64,000 nt of DNA, from contig CP158635.1 in NCBI GenBank assembly GCA_050273025.1, positions 6,634,001 through 6,698,000 of the forward strand, read 5' to 3'. The first letter of the stretch is position 1. The number at the start of each line of letters is the position of its first letter. The position numbers and the translations under genes are program-made. Shown piece after piece: positions 25,351 through 38,500 of the stretch. A model generated the notes under the pieces. The model worked only from the letters and a program-made list of their open reading frames with translations. It made no database searches and was not told the DNA's origin. The stretch comes from Cenococcum geophilum. Its lineage: Eukaryota.

Positions 25351-25479
25351 TGGTTTTAGAGATGGACGTTGGAGCCTGTTATTTTGCACTTCAGCTAACC
25401 AATATTCGACCATCTAACTAGTTCTGTATATCTTCCTAGCATGCACAGCAACGATATAGGCTATGAGCGAATCATCTGT

Positions 25480-27240
25480 TCACCATACCCAAGATAACGA
25501 CATAACCTCTTTTCCTCTCCCAAACGGTACTACCTCAATGCTCCCATCTTTAGAAGCGACGACCAATGGTATTTTCTCCCCTTTCCTTTCGAGTCGAATC
25601 ATAGGTCCTTCTTGTTCTGTTGTGCCGTCAAGTTTGTAGAATTCTCGTCCGTAGCGTGAGAGAAACCCTTCGATTGATGTTCGTCTAATCTCTTCTTCTT
25701 TGATCCATCCTTGCTTAATACCTTCCTCTAAAGCGCCGATCACAAGAGCAGTGCACCATGGCTGAGTGAAACAGCCTGCTGCAGCATTGCCGGGTCCTTT
25801 CTTAGATTGGATTGGATGCGGGGCCGAGTCGCTTCCTTCAGTATTTTTCAGTAAGTAAATAAAAGCATTCTCTACCGCGGTCTAGTTACCGAAAAAGAAT
25901 TTTCCTGAACCCTCTATCACTGCTCTAACTAAAGCTACGCGATCCTCTGGCGCCTGTTAGATAGTCAGCATAAATGCACTTTTGAAATCCGAAGCCATTA
26001 CACGACGATTTGTCGCTTATAGCTGTGGAGCTGCTGTTGTATGGATTAATTTAGGTAAAGATATTCCTCTCATTTTGACTTCTTCCAGCCAGGAATGACA
26101 AATTTTTAAATTATAGTACCTTTGCAACAGGCTTACAAAAATTGAAAGCATCACCACAACCCCAGTCATCAACGGTCATCCATAGATGATGTGCTAATCG
26201 CGCGCGGTGTGTGTAAATTAATTAGAAAATAGATCTAGAACTTAAGAAACTTACCGGTTAACGTACCCACCACCTACAATTGGCGTTAGCTGAGATATTT
26301 CTTTTCGGAAGCTCGCAGGCTCATCCTGAAGTTGGGATTCCCTACCGTTCGTCCACATAGTCGCACTGCCTCTAAACCTTCCCGAGTGCTGACATGTTCA
26401 AGAACAATACGTAGCTTAGGGAAAGCTGCGTGCAGCTTGTAAAGGTGAGGTAGGAACTTCGGTTCGGCGTTGAGTACGGTTACGGCTTCTGTCCCATCTG
26501 CTTTGGCATATTCAGTTGGAGGCGAGCTCATCATTTCGCCGTGTAAATTTAAGACCATGTCGTTAGCTTCCATCTCCTCGAAAATGGGGTAGTATTGCTC
26601 TATATCCAGCACACCATCTTGGGAATTTGTGGTAACCTAATCTAACGATCAGCTGTGTTAAGTCTTATGAGGCGAACTGGAACAATCAGCGCATACTCCA
26701 GCTGGGTAAAGCTTGACCTAGAAGCCCAAGTCAGCGACTACGTTCCTAGAAGAGATGCATGGTGCAGGGGAGGGTAAGACTATGGTAGATAGTAGAGCGT
26801 TTTAATAGGAATGCGGAGATTTACGCCATGTATGATTTTCGTACGAGCAGCCTCAGCGATGGTAGCTGCGCTCAACTCTGGATGCAGGTAGAGAGACATC
26901 AAAAATGTTACGCCAGGAGCAAGGCGAGACAGTGTTTCGTGGTAAGCAAGGGCATCAGAAACCTTGGTTATTGGTGGTTGAAGATTTGGCATAACGAATA
27001 TCGTATCACATCCGCCCTCCTTAACAAGCGGCGTGATAAATTCCATCATTGTATCTTGTCGAAGATGACAATGGAAGTCCGCCTGAATAAGAGTAAAGGC
27101 AGGTAATTAGCATGCAAGGTTCACAAAAAGTGAAATATTTTGCCTAATTTTCCATAGAAAATGTACACTAAGTTTATACAACGAAATGGCTTGCTTACTG
27201 TGGGCGGCAGCTCAAGAAAAGGAATATTTTTCAGCTGCAT
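25480..27240 (-). CDS. URA4: Dihydroorotase (multi-exon)
   Basis: Spliced product MQLKNIPFLELPPT-ADFHCHLRQ...VMPNLQPPIT...VKLYPAGVTTNSQDGV...LNLHGE...IVLEHVST...TAHHLW...CKPVAK...FFGSDSAPHP matches the amidohydrolase/DHOase signature residues. Confidence 0.93.
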
Positions 27241-27894
27241 TTTGATTTTGGGTAAGCTTAATGAGATAATATAGTATCAGAGAACGTAGATATTCTAGGA
27301 AAGACGATTAATAAGTTTCTACCTGTCCGATGTATAGTGCAAAGAAATTTGCAACCGTACAGGATAGAGATAAGGTGCATAGATATTTTTACGCATACAG
27401 CTGAAGATCTGCATGACAGGTGGTGGTGCTTGGCGGCATTTGGCGGCAATTTTAAATCACGTGAGTCTAGATTTTGGAGGTATTTTTCCACGTTGAACGT
27501 GGTCACTGATGTCGGGGAAAGCTGAGCGTGGTCACCGATGGAGCCGGCGGAAAAAAGTCGGCGGTACCACACTTTTACCTAGTCTTGACAATAAACAGGA
27601 ATAAAAGCATTTTTTTCTGGATAAGAACACGTACTATAGCACTGCCTGCTTCTTCTATTTGAGGGGATGAAGCTGAAATGCGTTAGCGCCAAGAGTGCTT
27701 CGTCAGGCAATACGTCAACACCCGTTGCCCAGCAACGACCTCCATCACAAGCTCGAAACCGCAATTTCCAAACCAACTTTTAATATACGCAGAATCACAA
27801 TTCGCAAAGGCCATAATCCATTCCTCAGCCCGCATACAGAACCGCAGAAGCATTCCCGCGTATTGCTCTCCATTCCATCCCCGGCGCCAACCCC

Positions 27895-30319
27895 ATGACC
27901 CGGGAATCCTCACGTCGCGACCACACTCGGCACGAACCCAGAGATAGAGACCGAGACCGCGACCATGACCGGGACCGCGATCGCGAACGAGAACGCCAGC
28001 GGCGCCGCCGTGGTCACCGCGCAACTGACAGTACCGGAGAGCTTCTCCCTCCAGTCACTCGAACACCGCGAGATAGCGCTTCCGAGAGCCCGAGTCCAAG
28101 GAAGGTGAGGGGTTCGGATAGAACGAATGGTAGTAGAAGCAACCCGCTTTCCCTAGGTAGTTTAGCGAAGCTCGATTCACAGAACTTGAAGCGAGGTTGG
28201 AAGGGTTACGACTATGACTCGGAATATGTTAAGGAGGTGAGGCAGAAGGAGGCGAGGATGGAGAAGGAGAGACTGAGGGAGGAGGCACTAGAGAGAAAAA
28301 GGGAGAGAGAGCGCGACAGAGAAAGGAGGAGAGCATATGAGAGCGATAATGCGCAACAGGAGCATGAGCGAGTAACAGTAGAAAGGAGAGAGGAAGAGAA
28401 GAAGAGGAGAAGGCACGCGGATGATGAGACGAAAGAGAGACGGAAGAGATACACGGAGTCTGAGCGGGCAGAGAGGAGAGAGCGGCGGAAAGCCCAGAGA
28501 GAAATTCCTGCGAACCAAAGGAGGAGGGTTGTAAGTGGTCCGCTCCTAGAAGAAGGTGGCAAGGACGAGGTGCATGAGTATATGGCAGAGAAGACGGGTG
28601 GAGCTGGTAGCGATGGGTATACTGACGAAGAGTGGGCACGGAGAAAGAGGAAGCGTATATGTGAGAACAGAAGTTTCCGGCATTCCGGCTATGGTCTAAT
28701 CAATCTATTTAGGTATTATTGTTGGGGTCATTATCTTGATTCTAACAATTGTAATAGTGGTCGCAGTGCTGATGTCAAAGAAGAACTCTGACCCTGTAGA
28801 GAGCAAAGCTGCAGCCAGTTCGCAAAAACCTTCGAACAGCAACTTGAATGGCGTTTCCGAATCCTCTATCCCTTCCTCTGCCCAAGGCACAGTGTTAGAC
28901 CCTTTCACATGGTATGACACGACAGACTTCAACGTCACATATACCGATGCTACAGTCGGCAGTCTTTCTATTATGGGACTCAATTCAACTTGGGATGATT
29001 CAGTTCAGGCGAACTCTAATGTTCCAGCCCTAAAAGATTCGTTCAATTATGGTACTACGCCAATTCGGGGTATGAACGTGGGTGGGTGGCTGAGCATTGA
29101 ACCCTTCATTACACCGTCCTTCTTCTCAGGCTTCAGTACACATGATGGGGTAATAGACGAGTACACCCTCACCTCTAAACTCGGATCTACGAAAGCAGCG
29201 CAGACTTTGGAAAAGCACTATGCTTCCTTCGCCACAAGACAAACTTTTGAGGATATCCGTGCAGCTGGTTTCGACCATGTCCGTATTCCCTTCTCCTATT
29301 GGGCTATCACGACCTACCAAGGCGATCCCTACGTACCGAAGATTTCGTGGCGATATCTGCTCCGTGGGATCGAGTACGCCCGACAAAATGGCCTGCGAAT
29401 AAATCTAGATCTCCACGGCGCACCAGGCAGTCAGAACGGATGGAACCACAGCGGTCGTCAAGGCTACATTGGCTGGTTGAATGGCACGGACGGAGACTTG
29501 AACGCTCAGCGCACCCTCGACATCCATGGCCAGCTCTCTACCTTCTTCGCCCAGCCTCGCTACAAGAACGTCGTAACTATGTATGGCCTCGTGAATGAGC
29601 CGCGTATGGTCGCTCTAGACACTCAATCTGTGCTCAACTGGACCGGAAAAGCCATTGACATAGTCCGCAAGAACAATATCACTGCCGTCATTGTCTTCGG
29701 CGACGGCTTCATGGGTCTAGACAACTGGCAAGGCAAGCTGCAAAACTACGACAATCTGCTCCTGGACGTGCACCAATACGTGATCTTCAACACCGACCAG
29801 ATTGCACTCAAACACACCGACAAGCTGACCTTTGCGTGTAAAGGCTGGACCACGCAAACGCTGCGCTCGCAGAACAAAGCCACCGGCTTCGGCCCGACAA
29901 TGTGCGGCGAGTGGTCGCAGGCCGATACCGACTGCACGCAGTACATCAACAACGTCGGCGTCGGGAGTCGCTGGGAGGGCACCATGAACACGGGCAGCGC
30001 TTCGACCTCGGTACTCGATCCCACCTGTCCAACGCAGAACAATCCGGCCTGTGAATGCACTGACGCGAACGCGGACCCGTCGAAATACTCGGCCGCGTAC
30101 AAGCAGTGGCTGCAGCAGTTTGCAGAGGCGCAAATGGAGAGTTTTGAGCAGGGGTGGGGCTGGTTCTACTGGACGTGGGAGACAGAGGCGGCAACGCAGT
30201 GGAGCTGGAAGCTCGGAATGGCGGCTGGCATCCTGCCGTCGAAAGCATACGATCGGAACTTTAATTGTAATAACACCATTCCAGATTACGAGCAGTTGGG
30301 GTTACCGGAGAACTATTAG
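27895..30319 (+). CDS. exgD: Type II membrane-anchored GH5 glucan 1,3-beta-glucosidase (ExgD-like)
   Basis: Charged R/E-rich N-terminus, one intron (~28661-28712), a TM helix, then a GH5 domain with RGMNVGGWL, DHVRIP, DLHGAPGSQNGWNHSG, NEP and CGEWS. Confidence 0.9.
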
Positions 30320-30780
30320 GCGTAGAGTGGAGGAAGTTGGCTGGGTGCGTAGGATTGGAGGGATGTTGGCGTTCGGGTCTTTTTGTTGTGTTTTTGACTT
30401 GATGAATACGGTTAAAGATGGCGGTGCATATAATAGGCGTTTTGATGCATACCATGTCGATACCAAGAGCTTATACTCGCCTATGTATAAATGAGATGCT
30501 GTACATTTGAACAATAGACCCAATATATCATGGCCTTCTCATGGCTTGTGTGTCCATGTACGTTTACAGATAATAACTTCGTTATACGGGAACTTTATAC
30601 GATACGGATCGTTAGAGCTTGAACCCAGTATTCTAGAAAGCCTCGCCATACATAACTTCATGGACATAACATTCGTCGACAAGAGTCCATGTATCGTTGT
30701 CTCGCAAAAGGAAGACATATGGTACCCGGTATTAGCGTAACAACATTATCTAATCTCATGGTCTGGACCGAGGCCCATAA

Positions 30781-31176
30781 GGGAACGTTCGGTTGCAATC
30801 TGACGCTTTTAAATCTGAACTGAAAGTTCGGCAGAAAGAACGCGCTCCTTCCCGATTTGACACGCGTCTGTGGCTCTACGGACGTGTGCAATCTGAAGCC
30901 TTCAGATTCAATCTGGAGTTCAAATGAGGAGCTTCGAGCTCCAGATTTGAACTGACGCCAAGACCTCAGTTCAGATTCTATATATGGCAAAGTTGCCAAT
31001 TTTTTAGTAACTTTTAGCGTGTTTTTTGGGCGGTCAGAGGAACATCAAAAATTTGTGGCTAAAGTCAAGTTGAACTGGAATTCAACCGAACAGTCGCCTC
31101 AGAATCAGATTGAAGCTCCAGATCAACTCTATTCTGAACTGAATCTAAGGCCTCCAGATTGCAACCAAACGTTCCC
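30781..31176. mobile_element. PIF/Harbinger-type (Tourist-like) MITE, 396 bp
   Basis: TIRs gggaacgttcggttgcaatctg / cagattgcaaccaaacgttccc; 3-bp TSD TAA. Confidence 0.88.
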
Positions 31177-31538
31177 TAAGTTATCCCTTAACCCGCTTGC
31201 ATGCATCGCTAAATCGCGACTAGAATTAATTGGGTACTAGTATCTCGTGCAGCTTACTTGATTGGCTGACCCGTTATCGATAACATATGCACGCAAACCA
31301 GCAGGTTAAGGGATAGCCCCTTGTGAAAACAAAAAGCCTCCCTGTGTTTATTTCAAACAGAGCATCCAACACTTCCGGATTAGAAAGGATCCCAAAAGTT
31401 AACTTGCAAAACCCTAAACCGTAATCCAGTATTAATATAATTTATAAATATCTATCCGATGCCGTGCGAAGAGGTGCAACAACTGGATATGAAATGATCG
31501 ACTTACGAAAACAGCTTATCAAACTCTACAAAGCGTCT

Positions 31539-31900
31539 TCAAGACTTCGACCTGGATGATTTTGCGTGAGTTTGTAAATCGTGTTTATTACTCTCTATTC
31601 CTACCTTGGAGTTGGCTGAAGATCTTGGCCGCGGATGACGTTTCGCAACATCGGAAGTGGTATCGGGTAAGGTGCCATGTGCTCGATAGTTTTTTCGATA
31701 TCTTCGGAGACTTGCCGAGCCGTATGACGACCAACTTTGCAAATTCGAAATCCTTCCTATCATGTTCATCTGGGAATTGCGTTCGGAGACGTTGTCTTGG
31801 TCGGTATAAATGGAGTCAATCCATATGGAATGGTTGCGTGACCTTGCCCGAAAATGGGGAAGCGCATCATGTAAATTCGAGGTTATATTCATACGCTTGC
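31539..31900 (-). pseudogene. HET (heterokaryon incompatibility) domain remnant
   Basis: ITSNLHDAL...SIWIDSIYTDQDNVSERNSQMNMIGRI matches the HET core WID.ICI.Q...E...QV..M..IY, with a degenerate motif and apparent loss of frame afterwards. Confidence 0.75.
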
Positions 31901-32987
31901 CATTACTGCAAATGATTGTTTTCTCTTCGGCCGAGTTTTGTTAATATATCCTACCGTTTGATAGCTTTGTGGCTGCCGCCATCTTGTGATAAAATGTCAA
32001 ACAAGAGGTTCCTATCCTTTTCTAAAGTATAGGGCAGGGCTTCGTTTTTTTGGGCTGTCATTCAATTCTACTTCTCTCATTTTGTGCCAGATAAATCCGC
32101 TACCATCACCGTTAGCGATGGTAAGGGGACGAATCGAGGAATCATTGTTTAGTGGGGCGTAAATACGAGGCTTCGACTGAGCGGAAAGCCCCCCCCTAAC
32201 TCTCGTTGCTAGACGTCGGAAACGCTTGCTCTTTCAGGGTTCCATGTTTGACGGCCTCTCGCTAAAGTCGCCTGACAAAGGGGAGGTCGTTAATCCAAAC
32301 GATGGCTGGCTGAAGAAGTTGATAGGACCTGCAGTTGTTAGAAGTCCATAGCACAGAGAGTTTCTGGGGCCGGACACGTCTTCCAGAAAATGAGTCGAGG
32401 ATGTTCTGACATCCCGAGGCTGTTTTCGACCAGCGGTTACTCAGCCTCAGCCTTGGCGATTGATGAGACTTTATGCCGGCCCGGGAGCTGGCTACTTGCT
32501 CACAAGATGGCCGGACTACTTTCAAGGCATATAAGAGTTGAATTACCGTTAACAAGATTGCAAGAGAGGTATACGTTTTGCGATCATATGTGCGAACAGT
32601 GTTGAATCCAGTTCGATAATTCTGTGGTATACAAGGTATCGATAAAAACACTACCTCCGCCCATACTCGTGCCGGCGACAGCAAGCCCATCCTCTATTCA
32701 ATCGTCTTACTCCTGAAATAAACCCCTACGAAGGGAAGCTTGCCAGCCATATCTAGAGAATAAAGATTCCGCCAGTAGATTCTTTGAACCAATGCACCAC
32801 ATTTACTCGGCTCCAAGCCGATACGCCTGAGGTGGGCGAGTGTCGGAGTCGAATAAATAATGTAGGAATATTTCTTGAAGATGATGTCTACTACGGTTGG
32901 TTGAGAGCTTTTCATGGTGTGGCTTGAGATCATGTCAACTTGCGAGCGTTTCCAACCCCGCAAGGCGCAATGGGGGCGAGCTTATCA

Positions 32988-33965
32988 CTAGGTGCTAGTC
33001 ATATCAGGTTTTGCCATCTTCTCCTTGCCTTTTTCGGGTTTGGACTTGTCATCATCCAGGTAGAGATCATTTTCGTAAATATAATCAACAACTTTGTCTG
33101 GAATGAGGTATCGTATGCTCATGCCTCGTTTGCGGAACAGTCGAATTTTGGTGGAACTACACGCTAAGTCAGTACTTGGTCACTATATCAAGGCAGTGCT
33201 AACTCACGAGACGTCGTTTTGAATCAACTGCTGGATCACCCTAATATTGCCTCGCCATTGTTGCAGGCTAGCAAGCGCATCATCTAGCAAGTTTGTTTAG
33301 TAGGTTTACTATTTGTTCTTAGGTAGGCAGAGCTTACCTATATCTGTACCACTCCGCTCGAGGATGAATGCCCCATAATGGCCGAGGATTCTTTCCAAGT
33401 CCTCTTGTGCCCACAGACCGGGCGTACTCATTGTCTGTATAAGATCCGCGCCGGCCAATAGAGCCACATGGATCTTCTTCTTTTCTCCTGTGTATGTCTC
33501 GATACCTCCAAGAACTTTATTGAGATAATAATCGAAATGGTCTAGGACCTTTACGGTGGGAAGGTATTCTTTGTGTAGCGGCTCCCACGGATCCACTCCA
33601 ATCCAGGTAGAGCTCTGTTTCACGGCGAGGTTACACATTGTGATCCTGTGTTGAGCTGAGACAAGGCCAGCCTTCTTGTAGGCGTCGCCGACAGGACTGA
33701 AGAAGCCGCCGACAACCTCGAAGTCGGTCTGAAACTCGCAGTAGTCGGCGGCCTGCTCGAACATTCGTAGGTGTAGGTTCGTAGGAGGCGAGAATGACCC
33801 GCAGGAGACTAGGACAAGCGGGATTTTGCCTGAGTCTGAGAGGAATTTCTTCAGCCTATCTGCCGGAAAAATGTAGTTCTCCAAAGTGAGAGCGGCCTTT
33901 TGCTGGGTGTCACCACCATGGGTAATTCCATCATCCGCGACAGCGAGCTTCGGTGAGTTTGCCAT
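32988..33965 (-). CDS. NMA1: Nicotinamide/nicotinate mononucleotide adenylyltransferase
   Basis: CGSFSPPTNLHLRM, FSPVGDAYKK, LAGADLIQTMSTPGLW and NDVSSTKIRLF...SIRYLIP; two introns; stop TAG at 32988-32990. Confidence 0.95.
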
Positions 33966-35506
33966 TGTTGCTGCTCCCGTCTTCTTGTGTTTTGGTACAA
34001 GGTGCAGGTAGGTTTGACGATGTTTCTTGCGCTCGGCTGAGGTTCAGAAGGACTGACTGGACCCTTGAGAGTATGACGCGACTGCCTGGGGGTTCTTGCC
34101 GGGTTAGTAAGGCGGAAGGAGCGGCAGTTTGCGAGACAACGACCGCGACGCAATATGGTTTGTTTATGGGTGAGACAGTCTCGGCTAGGAGGAAGCAGCT
34201 GGAAGGGGAATGGGGACTAAGTACTTGACTGGTGGGCGCGACATTTCTTATGGTCTTAGGAAGCCCTTTGGCCTTTGTAGCGGCGGGGTGGGAGTCTGCG
34301 GAGGGGAAATTTACCCTTGACCCTTGAACAAGCTCGGTTGAGACCCTTTAAACTCCGAGCTTGAACAGGCTCTGATAGTCACGATTACTCGACTGCGCAA
34401 GCCTTTTGCACAATACTTCTCTGTGCTCGTGGAAGCAGTGCAAGAGGAGCAATTATTCCGTGACGGTATTAATCATCACTGCATGATGCGCTGAAAAGTA
34501 TCATCTTGGTGCGAGAACTATCTCGTGGACTCTTGGGGTAGCCTCCCCACACGGGTGATTGACAATCTAGGATTGCTAATACTAGCAGAGGAGCGCGGGA
34601 TTCCGATGGTGGATGGATCATTTAGGAAATCTGTAGTGTCTGAGATCTGCGGTCTAGGCTCTGAGTGATCCTCCAGTTTAGTAGTGCAATAATAGCGTTC
34701 AGCGTATGATGTGGCGTTGTGTAGAGGGAGGCGTCCGACAGCCCTGCTCCATGGAGGCCGGAGAAGTAGCATGTCTCTCGATACATTTATTCGCATGCTG
34801 GCAAAGGGCAGCGCCTTCCAGAGAGTGCATGTATATAGAAGCGGGTGGGCCTTGGCCGGCCATTGCTCGCATGCTCCATGAAAAGTGATTGCGAACCGGG
34901 TTATGCCGCCTATATGCACAGCTGCAAACACGCACTCCGGTCTGGCGCATGTCGAAATATCCTCCTAAATTCTCATCAGAGAAAGGAACGGCAGTGTGCA
35001 GGTTACCAGGCCGAAACGTGCGGCAGCATCTGTGGAACTCAAGGCTCTGTATAACAAGTCATCCCACTGCATTAAGCGGGACCAAGCAGCGACGCCATCA
35101 TTATCATCTCCATCTCAACCGTCGCAGGATAGCCGTTGCCCACACCGTCTCCATCATCTACCGAGACGTACTTCCACACTTCGACGCACTGCATCACGGT
35201 TTTGTTCCATTCTAAGCACTCGTTATTCTCATTCACACGTTCGCTTGCCCGGCCTATGGCGAAGTCGTAGGGTATTGGTATGGACCGGGAGCGTCGACCT
35301 TCATCTGGATTTCTCGACAACCCAACCACCACAACTTTTCCTTCCAGGTACAGCCCCACCATCTCATCACACTATCCACCATCAGTTACATCTGTCGCTG
35401 TGTCCACAACAATCCTCTCACCTTGCTTCATCGGCACAGCTGCGAGACCCACCGCCGGGGTCACAGTCTGGGTTGCGAGCCATCAATACCAAGCAATTAG
35501 ATTCTC

Positions 35507-38500
35507 ATGTCTCCCAGAGTGACTCGCTCTTCTGCGAGACTCTCAGCAGGTTCTTCAAACTCTATCCCCGCCCAACCTCCCGCACCTCCTCCTCGCCCAC
35601 TCTCGACGGTTTCAAGGAAACGTAAGGCGCCCGCCCGAGACCCAACCCCCGAGCAACCCGCAGAACCCGCAGAAGCACCACAATCTCGTGGGCGCTCAAA
35701 GCGGACTAGAATCGAGGTGCCAGAACCTCTGCTGTCACCAGCTCCTGCTGCTTCTACACGTTTGAGGAAGGGCAAAGCAACATCGGCGATGTCAAGTGCT
35801 GGGTAGGTATTTTCTTTTCAGACAACATCATTTACTAATGCACCCAGACCTTCGGCAGGGCCTTCCGAGGAAAAGTCAGCACCACAAGCTCCATCTGGAT
35901 CCTCGTCATCTGCAAACAAGCGTAGATCAAGTCGGAAGAAGGACAATCAAGGTAAAAATTCCCGCTATCTCACCTCGTCTAACCGTCTACTAACTGTTTG
36001 CAGATCCAGCTCCTTCTGCAACTCCCTCGTCCTCTAGGCGTCGAAGAAAGTCAAACCCTAAACCCGACGACGATGTGTCAATGAAAGATGTTTCTGACAA
36101 GGCAGAAGGACAAGCAGATAAAACGGAGGCAGAGCCAAGCCGGCCAGACATGAGTGACGACAGCAACGGAGAAGGCGCGCCTCGACACTATGATGACGAG
36201 GATGACGATGATGATCCTTTTGGGGGAAGCTATCTCGGTCGCCATGGAGGCCCCCCGGGTCTTTCAAGCACTCTCCGAGCCCTGAGCGGCATGATGTCTG
36301 GGGTATCTTCTCGTCTACGCGGTATCTTGGAGAATTTAAGGCAGAAGAATGATCCATCAGTTCAGCTTATTGCTCTCCAAGAGCTTTCCGAGATTCTTCT
36401 TGTTTCTACGGAAGACAACCTCGCTGGCCACTTTTCGCCTGATCAATATGTCAAGGAACTAGTTATATTGATGCAACCAAACGAATTTGGAGAAGAAAAC
36501 CCGGAGATTATGCTCCTTGCTTGTCGTTGCATTGCCAATTTGATGGAAGCCCTTCCTGCGGCCACTGCGAATGTTGTGTACGGCAATGCTGTTCCAGTCC
36601 TTTGCCAAAAGCTGCTTGAGATCCACTTCATTGATTTAGCTGAGCAAGCTCTAAGCGTATGCACCCCCTTTCTAGTCCTACCTGGCATTGCTGACACTAC
36701 TACAGACTCTCGAAAAAATATCTGTCGAGTTTCCTGCATCTATTGTGCGTGAAGGAGGACTCACAGCTTGCTTAACCTATCTCGACTTTTTTGCAACAAG
36801 TACCCAAAGGACAGCCGTCACTACTGCTGCAAATTGCTGCCGTAATATCCCTGAAGACTCTTTCCCTACAATTCGAGACGTCATGCCGATCCTCCAAAAT
36901 GTATTGAACAGTAATGATCAGAAGGTGGTTGAACAGGGTTGTCTTTGTGTATCTCGAATTGTCGAAAGCTTCAAATATCAGGAAAGCAAATTGGAGGAGC
37001 TTGTAAGCCCGGAACTGCTCAGAGCTATTCTGCGCTTGTTGTTGCCCGGCACCACGAACCTCATCGGCGCTAACATCCACACCCTGTTCCTCCGCGTACT
37101 TTCAATCGCCGCTCGAGCAAGCCCCCGCTTGTCTGTTGAGCTTTTCAAGATGAACGTGGTCGACACCTTATACCAGATCCTCACTGGGGTATCACCACCG
37201 AGTGGTACCGACGACATTGCGACAAAGATCGACAGCGTCGTTATCATGCAGGCTTTGATTCATCGCCCCCGTGAGCAGATCTTCGAAACCCTGAACGTCA
37301 TCTGCGAGCTTCTTCCAAGCGTCCCTAGAGACGATCTTATGTATCTGGACGATCTTTTTGACGCAGGGTACGCGGGGGACGAGTTGGTATCAATTTCTAC
37401 ACGATCAAAGAAATCACCAAACCAGAAGAGGGTTGAATTGCTCGAAGAGTGCAAGAATGAGGTTAAGCGCTTTGCAGTTATTCTCCTCCCTACTCTCACG
37501 GACGCGTATTCCAGCACGGTGAATCTGAATGTGCGACAAAAAGTATTGACAGCGCAACTTAAGATGCTCTCAAACCTTGATATCGACATACTAGAGGATG
37601 CTCTCAGGCCAGTTCCTTATGCTTCGTATCTGGCTTCGATTCTTTCACAGCAAGATCATCCATCATTGGTTACTTACGCGCTGCAAGCAGCGGAACTCCT
37701 TCTCAAGCGGCTACAATCCATTTACCGATACCAATTCTATAGAGAAGGTGTGATTGCAGAGATTTCTGGGCTTGCAAATAGGCCCTGCAAGACTCTGGAA
37801 GACCAATCGAAAGCCATCAAACCAGCAATTGAGGTCGAACCCGTTGGAAGCTCGAGCAGGAGCAGTAGCTCTGCAGGAGATGTCGACGTAGATCACGATA
37901 TCGACGAAGATGCGGAAATTGAGATGCATTCCGATGATGACGAGGATGATCACGAAGACCATGTGGACGCTCGAGACGATGATGACGATTCTGATTCTTC
38001 CTCATCTTCTGATCATCATTACGTCTCAAATCCACCTATCCCAAATATAGAAGATGTGGTTACTCTTCGCGCTAAGAAGTTCATAGAGGTCCACGAAAAA
38101 GATAGCGCCAAAGCTATTCGCGACAAGGCCGGTGCGATCCTCGAGGATCTTAAAAGCTTAGCTCAAGACATCAAGGCTTGCTATTTGGAAAACAGAAGCA
38201 GCCAGAGCATGGAACTGTTCACTCGCCTAGCCGCATATTTTGATGGAGACGCATTGGAGAGTATTACTAGCTATGAATTACTAACTTCGAACGTGGTCGA
38301 GGTTTTGCTCGAAATATTCTCCGGGCCGGATAGCACTACCAATTCGGACGCGCGATCAGTATTTCTTGAGGCATTTATGGGGTCAAGTACACAGAATAAA
38401 GTTAGAACCTCCAGCAGTAATTCTCCGGCAACGCCCTTCAGCGTACTGGTAAACAAATTGCAGGACCTTCTTAGTCGAGCTGAACATTTCGAAGTCATCA

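Noticed and set aside
26195..26345. Stwintron or odd splicing in the dihydroorotase gene
   Set aside because: Resolves as an ordinary 19-nt micro-exon (VVGTLT-A) between two canonical introns.
21960..33965. ATPase + HET remnant + NMNAT as an NAD-linked defence cluster analogous to bacterial Sir2-HerA
   Set aside because: The genes are ~10 kb apart, separated by housekeeping genes, and NMNAT is an ordinary core enzyme. There is no sequence evidence of linkage.
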